DNA from: Lytechinus pictus | Taxonomy: Eukaryota | Assembly: GCF_037042905.1 (NCBI RefSeq) | Contig: NC_087245.1 | Coordinates: forward strand, 40,488,001-40,552,000 | Direction of reading: 5' to 3' | Length of the DNA stretch: 64,000 bases | Notes under the pieces: generated by a model | Databases searched by the model: none | What the model was told of the DNA's origin: nothing | The model's input: only the letters and a program-made list of their open reading frames with translations | Program-made: the position numbers and the translations under genes | Shown here: positions 26,648-39,900 of the stretch, piece after piece | Layout: the number at the start of each line of letters is the position of its first letter | Position numbering within the stretch: the stretch's first letter is position 1

Positions 26648-27415
26648 GGCTGATGTTAGTTTAGTTTGTCATGATCGACATTGAAGAGCTTGTGTAGTAT
26701 TAATGTCGAACTGGAACCCTGCCTAAAAAAAATGAAATAAAAGTAAAAACTCATAAAGTCATAAAGTGTCAGTGATAAGTAAAACTTTTCTAACATTCGA
26801 GTAGATCTGTCAGATCTCGATACTATTACTACTACTATGAGTATGAGTAGGGCCTACTAGATCTAGACCAATCTTACTCAACATGAAAATATTTCGATCT
26901 TAGTCAGGCGACTCAGGCCTAACGTTAGGGCCTACAGTACAATCAATTGCAAATGCAAATTTCCCTTTCAAATTGAAAGATTAATTTCAATCAATTTGAA
27001 CTTCTTCATATCTTTTGAAAAAAAAAGAGACCAGTCAGTAGCCTAGGCAGTAATTGAGCAAAAATTAGCGATGATTCTCCCCAACATAAGTTTTTAATTT
27101 AAGCTAATTACAACAATATTTGTCCATTTTGGGACCTGAAGTTCTGAACTAGAACTTCAATTTCAAGTTGAAGGCTGAAATTTTTGAAAATTGAATTGCA
27201 ATTGAGTCAATGCCGGCACACTAAGTCCAGCCTAAAATTAACCCGGCCCAGGGTCCGGGAGCTCCGGCCCGCGCAGCGGGCCGGAGCTCCCTGGGTTAGA
27301 CTAAAATAGTCTATGTAAGCTCAATCATCTGTTAAAACAGTTAATTCAACTACAATTTTAAGAGATCACGATCACATAGTAAAAAATGGCAAAGAAGTAG
27401 AAGAACTGCACTTGC

Positions 27416-27960
27416 CTGTGTAGACGGATCGATGCCCCTGATTTTTACATATAGCCAGGGTTTCATCAACACATATAGCTGTGAAACAGTGATTTCGCCC
27501 ATGTGCTATTTGAACTATTGCATCAAGAAATGATGATGTCAACCATTTTCTTGAATGCGTAAGAAATCGCACACATGCATTCACATCGTGTCTTGATCCT
27601 GAGACAGGGCCATATAGGCTAGTCTTAATTCTGGATTTCGAAAAATATTTTCCTTTAATAAAAATAATTTTGAGTAAGAGTTATTATGAATGGCAGTGCA
27701 TAAAATTAATTTCTATGATTGGAATGATGTTACTTTGGAATTTATTTGATTCCTATAGCTTTTCAGAAACATATCATATTTTTACAGACTAAATGCATTT
27801 TTAGGAAAGCCTGAACATTTTTAACAGCAAACCTTTATTAGCGATAGCACGTGCATTTCGTCAAAACCGAGTCAGCAGTATACATGCAGGTGAAAGTTGA
27901 GTCCAGTGCAGCGCGTCGCAGTTCCTGGGAAAGCTAAAGTTGTTTAATGCTGTTATAAGA
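27416..27960. promoter_or_regulatory. Putative bidirectional promoter / 5' UTR region between EXD2 and ABCD4
   Basis: The two start codons face away from each other about 1.3 kb apart (26647 minus, 27961 plus). The EXD2 ATG exon has an upstream acceptor at 26722/26723, so a non-coding first exon is expected in this interval. Positional inference only. Confidence 0.5.
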
Positions 27961-30900
27961 ATGTCAACAGTGTCGAAGAGGTATGTGTTGTGTAGATTTT
28001 GTTTTTATTTCATGATCACTCTTTTATTCGTGTTTAAATGATTTTAAATATATTGAATCAGCTCACTTAAATTGTTGTAATGTTTGCCAATCGACCTTGC
28101 GCTCGCATCGCCCATGCATTGGAACAGTCCTCGCGCTTTGATGGCCCCCGAACCTCAGGCGTCGATGCGATCCCGCGCCGTTCCACTTGCCACCTGCGGC
28201 TGAGCTGAGCTGCTGAGCTTGGGGCGCTAGCTAGTACAGTAGTAGCTAGCTATGCACTTGCAGTTTCGCCACCGGCCGACTTCGAGCAAATTACCCCACC
28301 AGAATTTTTTGGCAAATGTGATGGCAAGTCTCAACAAGGTCGACTAAGTTATACGACCGAAAGATTGTCCTGAACTGTGGCAGCTCACCCGATTGTTTGC
28401 ATTAATTTTGGTCGCTATAGCCGCTGTACTCAACGCAAGAAGAACTCAAGAAGAACTTCAGTCAGCATGCCATGGTCAGGTTACCAGATTTCACAAAAAG
28501 AAATACAGGACAATCGACAAAGCATGTTGCACGAGCGGATCGACCGAGCCAGGCCTTAATAAACAAAGAAGGCTAAACAGTGTTAGAAAAGAAAAGAGAT
28601 GAATTAATTGAGAAGAAAGAAAGAAAAAAATGAAGGGGAAAGTGTAGGAAAAAAAATTAAATGAATAAAGGATGAAAGAAAGAAAAGAGAGAAAAAGGGT
28701 TTCCTTCATTTGAAATGAATAAAGAAAGAAAGGAAGGGAAGATGAACAAATGTGTGAAAGAAAATAAATGAGAGAAAGGAAAAAAAGTAAGAAAAAGGAG
28801 GAAGAAAGAAAGAATGAAGGAAAGAAAAATGTTTCAGAAAATGAAAAAAAAAACAAAGGAAGAAAGAAGAAAAACAAGGAAGGGAGGGAAAGAAAGAATA
28901 AGGGAAGAGAATTAGAAGGAAGAAATAAAATAAAGAATGAAAGAAATAAAAGATGAAAGGGAAGAGAGAATGAAAGAAGAAAATAATGGAAGGAGAGAAA
29001 GAACGAAAATAAAAAGGAGAGGAAGGGAAAAGGAAGCAAAGAAAAGTTTAAGGAAAGAAAGGATGAAGGAAATGAAAAAGGAAAGTTAAAAAAGAAAGAA
29101 GGAAAGAAAGAAAAATGAACAGAGAGGGATAGAAAGGATCAGGAAAGAAAGATAGGAAATAAAGATAAATGGAACAAAAAAGGGCAAGCAAGAAGGATAG
29201 AAAAGAAAGAAGAAAAAATCCAATCTAACAAAAATCTTAATGATATTTGGTGTTTTAAAATTTTTTTCTAATAAAAAAAGACTAAAATGTTTTAGAAATG
29301 AATAAAATTTCAAAGTGAAACATTGTAAAATTCAAAAATTAGATGGAACAACTAGGGACAGTGATTTTCCGTTTCAAAAAATTGCCTTTTCCGTTTCAGA
29401 AAATCTCAAATTCCGTTTCAGCATGTCAGAAAACGGAAATTCCGTTTCCCCATAGACTTTGTACACACGGAAAAGTGACAATTCCGTTTACACATTGAAT
29501 AGCAAAATCACAACACGTACACTCGCACTGGTCAAAATTTGTATCTGCTACTGTACCAACAACACAATATAATCTGTTCTAATCGGATTTATGCGGGTGC
29601 ATAAAATATTTTTACAAACCCATTAGCATGCATACATCCTCACCTTTCACATTATTAGCATTATTTCACGGTAAAATGATATTTCATCGATAATTTTGGG
29701 GTTTTTTGGACATCGTTATCATCAGTCAACAGCTTTTGCCGATCCGCCATCTTGGATTTTAGGACCACGATATCGTGCTGTTACATCTTCAAACGTAGAG
29801 GGCAGCAACACACGACCGTGTAGTTGAACGATATGTGTGCATGTGAAGCCCAACCCGGCCGGCTGGGTACGGGTACGGTGCGGGGTACAATCGAGTGTGC
29901 TGATGTCGAGTGCAGTCACGATGTGTGAATTGTCATGATAGCAGCGAAGTGAGATCGTTTTTTCTGGGGTTTGTGGCCATTTAATATTCTCATTTTGTTG
30001 TGATTTTGGAGTAATTTCTGTTGCTATTCTGTGTATTTTGAGGGAAAATACGTTTTCCGTGATTTTCCGTTTGAAATGCCACTTTCCGTTTCAAAAGGCC
30101 CTTTCCGTGAATTCCGTCCGTTTTCCGCGATCGCGGAAAATCACTGTCCCTAAACAACGCGGCATCACACGCAGGCATCTCTCCCATCCCATTACAAGTT
30201 CGCACAGATCACAAGATGACTTAAAACGAAAGCTGAAACAACTAGATCTAGTAATGAAACTCCGATTACATCACCAAATCAGTAATCTGAGAAAATCAAT
30301 CCATAATATAATTTTTAAAAATTCCCGCCGATTTTGTGATTATTTTAATGGAAAAACTGTTTATCATGTGCGATTGTTTGCGCTATTTAGAATCTGCTCC
30401 GATCGTACATGCCGAGCTAGTAGCCTGCCACACACAGGCAGGACTCAGTCCAATTCTCGCTACCCCAAATAGGAACAAAAATCTCATAATGCGCGAGACG
30501 AGATAATTTTCACTCCGTCGGGTCGTCATCACCACTTCCGGTTCAGAGTCATGCTCGTGCGAGGTTCGCGATACTGAGTTTTCCACCACGCTGAAATCGA
30601 TGCCAATCAGCGTAATATGTACAGATTATGATACTTTTTATTCAATTTGGTCAGTTTTGATTCAATTTGAATTATAAATAAAAATGAAAAATATATTTCA
30701 CGTGAAAATAATTTTTATTCATGTTTTTATTTGGTTATAAAAAAATAAAAAAAAAAATGAATATCTTAACATTTTGCATTTAGCGACCGGCCTGACATCA
30801 CGATCGTATTCGACTAGACGCTAAATATATACAGCATTCATTCCGTTCAATTTTTCGTCGACCACAAAATGGATAAAAAATCAGTTTCGGAACTTAAAAA

Positions 30901-33900
30901 AATCTTAACTGACAGAGGAATACCTTGCAATGGAAAGCTTCGGGCAGAATTAGTGACTTAATTAAGCAGAAAAGGCCGTTAAACTGTATCGTGAAAGAGA
31001 GGGTTGTGATCACGAACTTTCCGAGCGAAAGCACGTTGTGTTGTGCATGACGGCACTGTTGATCTGAATGGCAAAACAGTGCATTGGACTTCCGAACAGG
31101 AAGTTGTAATACCGAAAAGCTATCCCATAATGCAATGCGCGTTACAGGGATTTTCCCGGATCTCGGGGAAATCGCTATTTGGGGTAGCGAGAATTCGTTT
31201 GCAATGTATTGGGTTAGCAAGAAAATCACTGCAAAACTTGCAAAAGTTTACAGTTATCGATTTTATTGTTGTCTCTGCCTTGTCATTTGTTGGTTATTTG
31301 ATGAAAATTCTTCACTTTGAAACATATTAAAGTATATTTTGTTCAATATTCTGAAATACGGGACAAATAGGCATCCTGGGAAGGGTTTGTCGGGACGCTG
31401 GGACAAAGGAGCAAAATACGGGACGATCCCGGGAAATACGGGACGTCTGGTCACCCTGACTTCAGTCTTTATCACTGATGACTGCAGTGAAAGGGAGCGA
31501 AGCGTGATGTCGATTGGATACCACATGCATGACCAAAGAAACGCATAAAAAGGATCTCTTTTTTAAGATAGGGCATGTTATACCACTTACACATGCGAGG
31601 TTAGTATACTCTACTAACCTTACCTAGCCAGGAGGCTCCTAGAGGCTAGAGAGAAAATCTTTCACTAACGTGTGCTTTCTCTCCACGGAGCCAGGGATTG
31701 CGTCCCATTCATGTGCGTGTAATGCAAAAAAAAAACTGAAAATTTCGCCCTTGAGATTTCTACTATCCTTCTAAAAGATCTCGCCCTAAACATGCTAAAT
31801 TATGTCAATGGGATACAACTTCATTCCGACATTTCTATTGATATTGATTCCATTTTTAAACAAAGAAAGCCACTGTAATCTTGAGCTGAGGTTAAGTTGA
31901 TCTCAATGTCAGTGTAAATTTTTAACGTTTCAATGGTCTTCACCTATTAAAAAAAAACTCATCAAAAACATTAAAGAGAACTTAGAACTAATCCCTAAAT
32001 GGAGTTATTGTATGTCCTTGGCAGTGCATGGTTACATTTTCATATTATGATTTTGCAATCTTGCCCTTTTATTTTATTCTGACAGGTACAAGCTAGATAT
32101 GGAATTTCTAAAGAGACTTGGCCACCTTCTGCCAGTCCTGTTCCTCTCATGGAAGTCTGCTCAGACAATCCTATTTTTCTTGCTTCTTCTGATAGCAGGT
32201 GGAGGTAATTGTGATTTCTTTTTGTTTCTCAACAAAATTGTTGGACGTTGGTCTCCATATATGTAGCTTACAACCGACAAAAGTGCAGTAGAGAATCCAG
32301 GGGATGGGAGCAACAGACCTGCCAACCAGTACGTTTTGGGCGTATTTAGTATGTTTTTTAAACCAAATTACGGCAGTACGTTTTTCTTTAAAAAATACGT
32401 TTTTGTAAAAAAAAAATCGTATTTTATTGAGAAAAATCATCTCTATAGTATGTCTCTATTTCATAAAACTTACACAAATATGGTTAATAGATCAATGTAA
32501 TTTCAGGTAACTTGTTTTTTTTTTCAATCATTTTGTTAAAACCAGGGTGAGATATACACATGTTTCAATGTTTCTTTTCATCTGGAAGAGCAGTGCGCAT
32601 TTTAGCTTGCATGCAGCTTGAGCGCCGCGATGAGCGAGTGTGCCACGCATTTTATTATGAAATACACTTTTTTGGGAAAAATACAGTTTTTTTTATCACA
32701 GAATACAATTTTTCATTCCCAGAGGTTGGCAGGTCTGGAGCAAGGGGGTTTGCCTCTCCCCACCATTACCCCAGAGAAAAAAATGAACATTTTCAAAAAG
32801 ACTTAGAAAAGTGTGGTAACCCCTCTCCCTTCCCTCATTGGGTGTCATGGGGATAGGGGATGTGATTGGAGTGATGACAAAATCTATTTTTTGTTTGTCA
32901 ATTTTGTTGCTGGTTAAAAGGGATGGTCCGGGCTGAAAATATTTATACAGTATCTTAATAAATAGAGTAAAATTCACTGAGCAAAATGCTGAAAATTTCA
33001 TCAAAATCGGATAACAAATAACGAAGTTATTGAATGTATAATTTTATCAATATTTTTGTGAAAACAGTTATATGCACATAATCATGAATATTCATTAGGT
33101 GAGCTGATGATGTCATATCCCCACTTTCCTTTTTCTTCTGTTATTACATGAAATTGATTCATATTTTTCATACATGTGTAAATGATGTATCTCCATTATG
33201 ATGAAATAAGTTGCGGCAATAAATGACTAATGCACTTAATCAGTTGTCAATCCAATTGTTTTAGTTCTTGGTAGAAAAATTTGGAATAAACCTAATTTCA
33301 TATAGTAAAATACAAAAGAACAAGTGGGGATATGACATCAACAGCCCACCTAATGAATATTCATGAAGACATGCCTAGAACTGTTTCACGGGAATAATGC
33401 AAATCTTTAAAATTCAATAACTTTGTTATTTGTTATCCGATTTTGATCAAATTTTCAGCATTTTGCTCTGGGAATTTTACTCCAATTGTTCAGATATAAA
33501 TATCTCCAGCCCAGCCATCCCTTTGAAATGCCCCTCCAGTTAAGTCCAGGCCTGTGGAGTGTCTCATGAAAAGACTTGTCAGACGTTTTATTAGAAAATT
33601 CTTGTTTATCCTTCGACAGTTACCATAGGAACTGTGCTCTTCAGCCAATCAAATTCAAGGAAAGTTGTCAGACATATATAGGTCAATGGAACGCATTCCC
33701 TATCCACCCATGTGGTAGTACGGCATATCATCTTAGATTTGGGTCTTGGTTACTAGAACACGACCCTTCCAACTATTGGTGTTTGTAAATGGGCTGAATG
33801 CATGAAAACATTTTTTTTTTTTTGCACAGTTTTGCTTTAAACGATGTCCAGCACAAGTAAAAGCTTGTGCACAAAAGTCATACAAGAGTTGATAAGGAAT

Positions 33901-36900
33901 CAATCCTTTCAAATGAAATTCATTATAGACTATGAAAGAACTTGTCTGTCAAATGTGGTTTAAAGACGAAATAAAGATGTATCCTCGATTCAAAGCATAA
34001 ATCATAACTGTATTTTGATGGTTTCGGTGGAATCTATTACTTTGAATTTTCCCCTAGTATCAATCTAATTGGACCAGAATCATGTACATGTATGTTGATT
34101 GAAATGTAATGCTAACAAGTGACCCATTCACACAAAGCTTTGCAGTCGATTGTACATGGTCAATGTCTTCAAGCTTAAAGGGGAATGAAACCTTTGGAAC
34201 AAGTAGGCTTGTGTCGAAACAGAAAATTCAAAGAATAAGAACAAAGAAAGTTTGAGAAAAATCAGACAAATAATGAGAAAGTTATGAGCATTTGAATATT
34301 GCAATCACTAATGCTATGGAGATCCTCCCATTGGCAATGCGACAAGGATGTGTGATGTCCCATGTGAACAACTTTCCCTTTGATGAACTATAAAATACCC
34401 TCGAAATGTCTCTTTTTGCTTTTTCTTGTGGTGATACAAACTCTTTATCCATGATGTATTCTTTAAAAATCTGTATTACATGCCCTTCTATAGAAAGAAC
34501 ACATGATCTACTGATAGATAATTTAAGTGAAATATATACTAAAGTAATGATCTGTTTCTTCGATTTTTTTGTTTTCACACAAGCTATCTTGTTCCAAAGG
34601 TTTCATTCTCCTTTAAAAATCAGCCCAATTATCAATCACTATCCTTTGTGTCACAGGGCCAGGTATTCACTAAAAAGCTGTCTTTATAATATGTGTCATT
34701 GGCACGTATTCTGAAGTCAGGTTTAACTTAGACCATGGTCTAACTCTGTGCTAAAATTATGGGAAGCCAAAGGTGTCAAATTTTTTATTAAGTTGTATAG
34801 TTTCTTATGTTTACTGTGCTCTTTCCTGATTCATCGATGGTGAAGACAACTTCCCACACAAATATGAATGATTTGAGACCAAAATGAGCTGAAATATTAC
34901 ATCTCTACTGTTTTAGTGTTTTATGTAACAATTGGCTGTCCATACTTAAACCACAACTTTAAACCTAAGTGTAACTTAAACCCGACTTCAGAATACGGGC
35001 CTTGGTGTTTGAGTATAAGTCTAATCAAGATTCCTTCTCTCTCTATAACAGAACAAGGTGCAGCTTACTTTGTAGGCTTGATCCCCAGTCAGTTTTATGT
35101 GGTTCTACCTGCCCAGGACTGGTCTGGTTTCATTACAACTCTATGGCAATCTCTGCTCTACATTATACTTATTTCCCTGGTAAGCAAGTCTACTCTACCA
35201 AACTCCTGCACGCTCTAAGAAATATCACATTATTTTAACATAACATAATAATATTGCATAAGAAATCTTTCCGGATTATAACAGTTTTGTCTAAAAATAT
35301 AAGTAATTGCTTCAGAGAGGACAAGTGTAGAAAAATATATCCCAAGGAAATGATAATACAGCTAAACTTGTATGAATCGAGTCACCCTTCTGTAAGTGGA
35401 ATATTCGGCCAAGTCCAAAACCAGAATAAGCGAAGCACGTGTTGTAAATAGGCCTACCTCTTTTTAAGTAAAATTTCTTGTACTGTAGGTAGAACACATT
35501 TTCTACTCCCAATAGATTTGACTTAAGGGCAAATTTACCTGTTTTCTGTTAGAATATAGAAGTTATCATGTTATTTGATGTCTCTATGCCAACTGGTTAT
35601 CAGTTTGATAAACAGTCTGCTCCTTTTAATGCTGTAACGTAAAGGTGTGAAATATCAATGTGACAAAAGCAAGCTTTTATCATTGGACTCCTCAATAAAC
35701 AGTGCGTCCCATTAAAAGGGAAACCAGGATTCGTACATCTTTTTTTTCAAAGGCAAATTAATTATGATATTTCATTTACATCATCATACAATTGAATTAT
35801 TCCTCTACATTTTGATACCTAATATGTGACGAACACTTCATGCATTAATGAGCAAGACGAGTTTGAAATTTTAACGTCAAAATCAGGTTGCGCAAAAAAA
35901 TTGGACTAGATTGGTTCACGATGCGACAACCGTGCTTATTCGACGATCGACTCTAGCATTTCTTTCGTAATCTTTGTAAAGTTTCTCTCACTGCTCCTTG
36001 AAATGGGAGTGAGTAAAGATTAACACGTGAGTTTCTGCGCAAATCGTTTCTGATAGGCCTCCATATTTATTACTTGTAATCTGCAATGAGTGAATGATTT
36101 GATAAGCTCAAATTAAAGATGAGATTCCACTTTTACCATAGGTATCAAATTCAAAGTAAAAACATGTTTAATATTTGTGAAATCTATCTCTGAAAACGGG
36201 TTTCTTTTTTTGTGGGACGCACTGTACAGGGTATGTGCTAAATGAAATATGAATATACAACTGTATGTACAGTTGTTTTTAAAGTTTAATAGTGAGCCTC
36301 ACCACAAAATGCACCCCTTCATCATGCCATTGAATGCATACAACATTCAATCTGACTTCACAGTGAAATATCTATAAACATGGCAGGACTTTAACCCTTT
36401 AAATATGCTAATTCTCTGGTTGGGTTTGCTATTTTGAGCACTACTGTATCTGTTTTAACCAAGTTTTAGACTAGAGATTCAAAACCACCTTCATAAAGCA
36501 TATTTGTCTCTCTACAAAATTGAAAAATATTTAAAAAAAATTTTATTTAACTTTGTTGGGTTATATTTTCTGTCTCTAAATTATATATAAATGAAATATG
36601 AATAAATCATCATTTCAGACCAAGAATTTCAATCATCATTGTGAAATTTGGCCTTAATGTTAGACTATGAACATTGTTGAATAAGTTATGAGTCTTAAAT
36701 GTTGAAAATTAATGAAAGGTTTTGATTGTTTTGTCTTCTGTTTATTCAAGATAAAGAGTGCGAAGACTTATATCAGCAAACTGCTGTATGTTAGATGGAG
36801 GGAAGCCCTCACCACACATCTCCATAAATTCTACTTCAAAGCTTTCAGTTACTACAAACTCAACGTTTTGCAGACAGGAAATGTCGATAACACGTAAGTA

Positions 36901-39900
36901 TGTACGCTGAAGTCTGATTATGTGATTCACCTTTGTTGTATATTTATGTATAAAACAGAAACTCTGGCCAAGGTCAAGTCCACTGTGAAGGTGATTGCAA
37001 TAAATTGAGAAAAATGAAATCGGTGTAAAACCATTAAAAAAAATGGTTTTAAAAATTGGATGCGAAATAGGACAATCTAATTTTTTTTTTTGGACACTTT
37101 TCAGAAATTATGTGCTGTGAGTAAATGAAAGGGCTAACAACGTCAGAGCATCCCCCCATGCATTTATGTGATATTTGTAGTATATTGGTTTTCATCCTAC
37201 CTTAACCTGGATAGTAGAAGCATGACATATGCAGTGCTTTTTTTCAATGACAGTTACTGCATCAACTTATGAATTTTATCCTTTATGTGTTGTTAAGTTA
37301 GAACTACACCAGCGCACGACACTGGCACTGGTCCGACGGTCCCACACCAAAAAAATTGCTGTCTGGCCAGTAACTTTTCAGAAATAGCCAGATTTACTGG
37401 TCCGACATGACCAGTAAAAATATATCAAACTGATACAAATGATATTTCCTCCTCTTATGTGAATTAAAAAAAATGACTCTGTTATCTTTAAAAATGGCTA
37501 TCCAAAATTGAGAAATGGCTCTTATGAATTATGTTGTGAATGTACTTTTTTTGTATGTTTTTTTTTTTTTGGGGGGGGGCAATAAAAATAAACTAAAGTC
37601 TTTTTATGTTTTTCTTTATTTTTGGGGACCAGTAAATTTTAGGTTTGGACCAGTAAAAAATTGAAATACTGGGTATCTACTGGTCCGACATAAACTGGTT
37701 GGACCGGTAGAAAAAAAAGGGTTAGTGTGGAGCCCTGACTACAATGTACAATTGATGTAATTTTTTTTGTTCTAGTTCTTAAAACAAGGACAAAATGGGA
37801 ATTATATATATATCATATGACATGAATATCATAGCACTTTATAAAAGGCAAAGGTCATATCAGGTAAAGATCTTTTAATCAGCGATTTGATTTTTGGTAA
37901 ATCTTAACCTTATTATGATTAACCTGATTATATTTTAAAATGTTAAAGATCTTAAATCTTTTTAAGATTAAAAATAATAATAAATATCAAAGGTCACAAT
38001 TTTAAATTTGAATCTTTTAACAAAACATTTGATATTACTCCTTTGTTGATATGAGCCACAGGTACTAATGTTGTTTGTTTTATTTTCATCCATATCATCT
38101 TTTGAACAGGGATCAGAGAATAACTCAGGATGTGGAGAGATTATGTAATCAGTTGAGTCTGGTCGTCCCAACACTGATTGTGTCACCATTCACTATTGCT
38201 ACCTACACTTATCTCACGTATGAAATGTAAGTATATGATCAAATTATAAGGATGATGATGGTGATGATGATGATTAATAACTCAATAATTTCACTGTAAT
38301 AATTTTGGGGGAGTAACCTCTGATTAGCCCTTAACCTTTGCTTTTTCCCTCATACTAAAATATTGAATATTTTGTGTTTCTATATTCGTTTCGTTAATTT
38401 AGTATCTGTTTGATGTTTAAAAAAATTTAGATAATGAAAATAAATGAATTGATATGAATGATGATGGTTGAGGTCATGATGATAATGATGATGATTATGA
38501 TGGAATATTTTATTATACATGTAATGACTCCTACACCTTCATTATTTTCTTACGGCTCTATGGTGTAAATTCACAGAAGAGGTTAAACGTCCTCCTTTGT
38601 TTTTCAAGCATGAGGGCTCACTGAATATGATCCAGCCGAAAAGGCCTTGTTAAGGAATATCAACATTTTATTCCAATAGAAATTCTGTTGCATATTATTC
38701 TCTCTCCCTTGTCTTCTACAGTACTGGCTACCTGGGACCTCTGGTTATCTATTGTTATTTCATCATCGGAAGTGTCATCAATAAATTCATCATGTCGCCA
38801 GTGGTGAATCTAACTTATCAGCAGGAAAAACAAGAAGGGATTTTCAGGTATGTTTCTGTAGAGTCAAGGATGATTATGTAAAATACAAATGGGAAGCTTG
38901 TCGTGAACTTCGATTTGTGTCATTGCAATTAATGTATGGTCAATGCCTTGTTTATGGTTTCTAATGCAAAATTATTATGTTTAAGAACAAATCCCCCTCT
39001 TTCCGAAAAGAATTGGCAGAAATTCTTTAGTTGCCAAGGGGGCCCCTCATACATGTATATAAAACGTACATGTATACAAAGTATGGTTCAATGATGATCT
39101 CTGTGTATTATAAAATTTCTATTTGTATATACTTTTATTCTTTATTTATTTTTAGAAAGTCAAAAGGGGCCTAAGCTTTCGATCCTAGCAGAATCTTCGT
39201 CAGAGGCAAAATTTATTTTTATTAATTTTTTTTAAAATGCTATTCATTGTTATTTTTTTAATTTAAATTATTATTATTATTATCATATCATTAATAGTAG
39301 TATTAGTAGTTGTTTTATTTACTAAGTCAACTTGTAGACTAACCTAAGATCCCTGAAACTAGTTTTGATGAAGAATATTATGGTAATCTATCTCAGATTC
39401 AAGCATGCTCAGCTTCGAGCCAATTCAGAATCAGTCGCCTTCTACTCGGCTGGTGATGTGGAGAAGGACAACGCTGACCGCAAGCTCTTCAGACTTCTTG
39501 ATGTCCAGCTTACTCTGACCAACTGGGAGTTCTGGCTCAATGGTAGGTGTGCTGTATAAAGAAAATAAGCTCCTTGTGTTTTTTACTTTGATTACTTAAA
39601 AAGAATGAAATAAGAATAAAAAGAGATCTCAGGCTAAAAAATAGCCCTTTTTATCTTCTTGTATGATTATAAAAATAACAAGCATTTATATTTTGCCATC
39701 TATCTAGAAATCATCAATTCCAAGGTGCATTATTATTTTCATCACCCCAGTTTTAGCTCGAGCTGCATTCGAGCGTTGGTGCATTTCAAGGAATTAATAC
39801 TGCGAGGTAACCATTCATATCACCTGGGTTGAGTACAGCACAATTGACCCCTTTTCATAACACCGCGGGCCACAAGAGGGAAGTTAAAATTTAAGAAATG

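Noticed and set aside
28491..29313. Phe/Leu-rich membrane-like and Lys/Glu-rich ORFs
   Set aside because: Artefacts of the GA-rich low-complexity tract.
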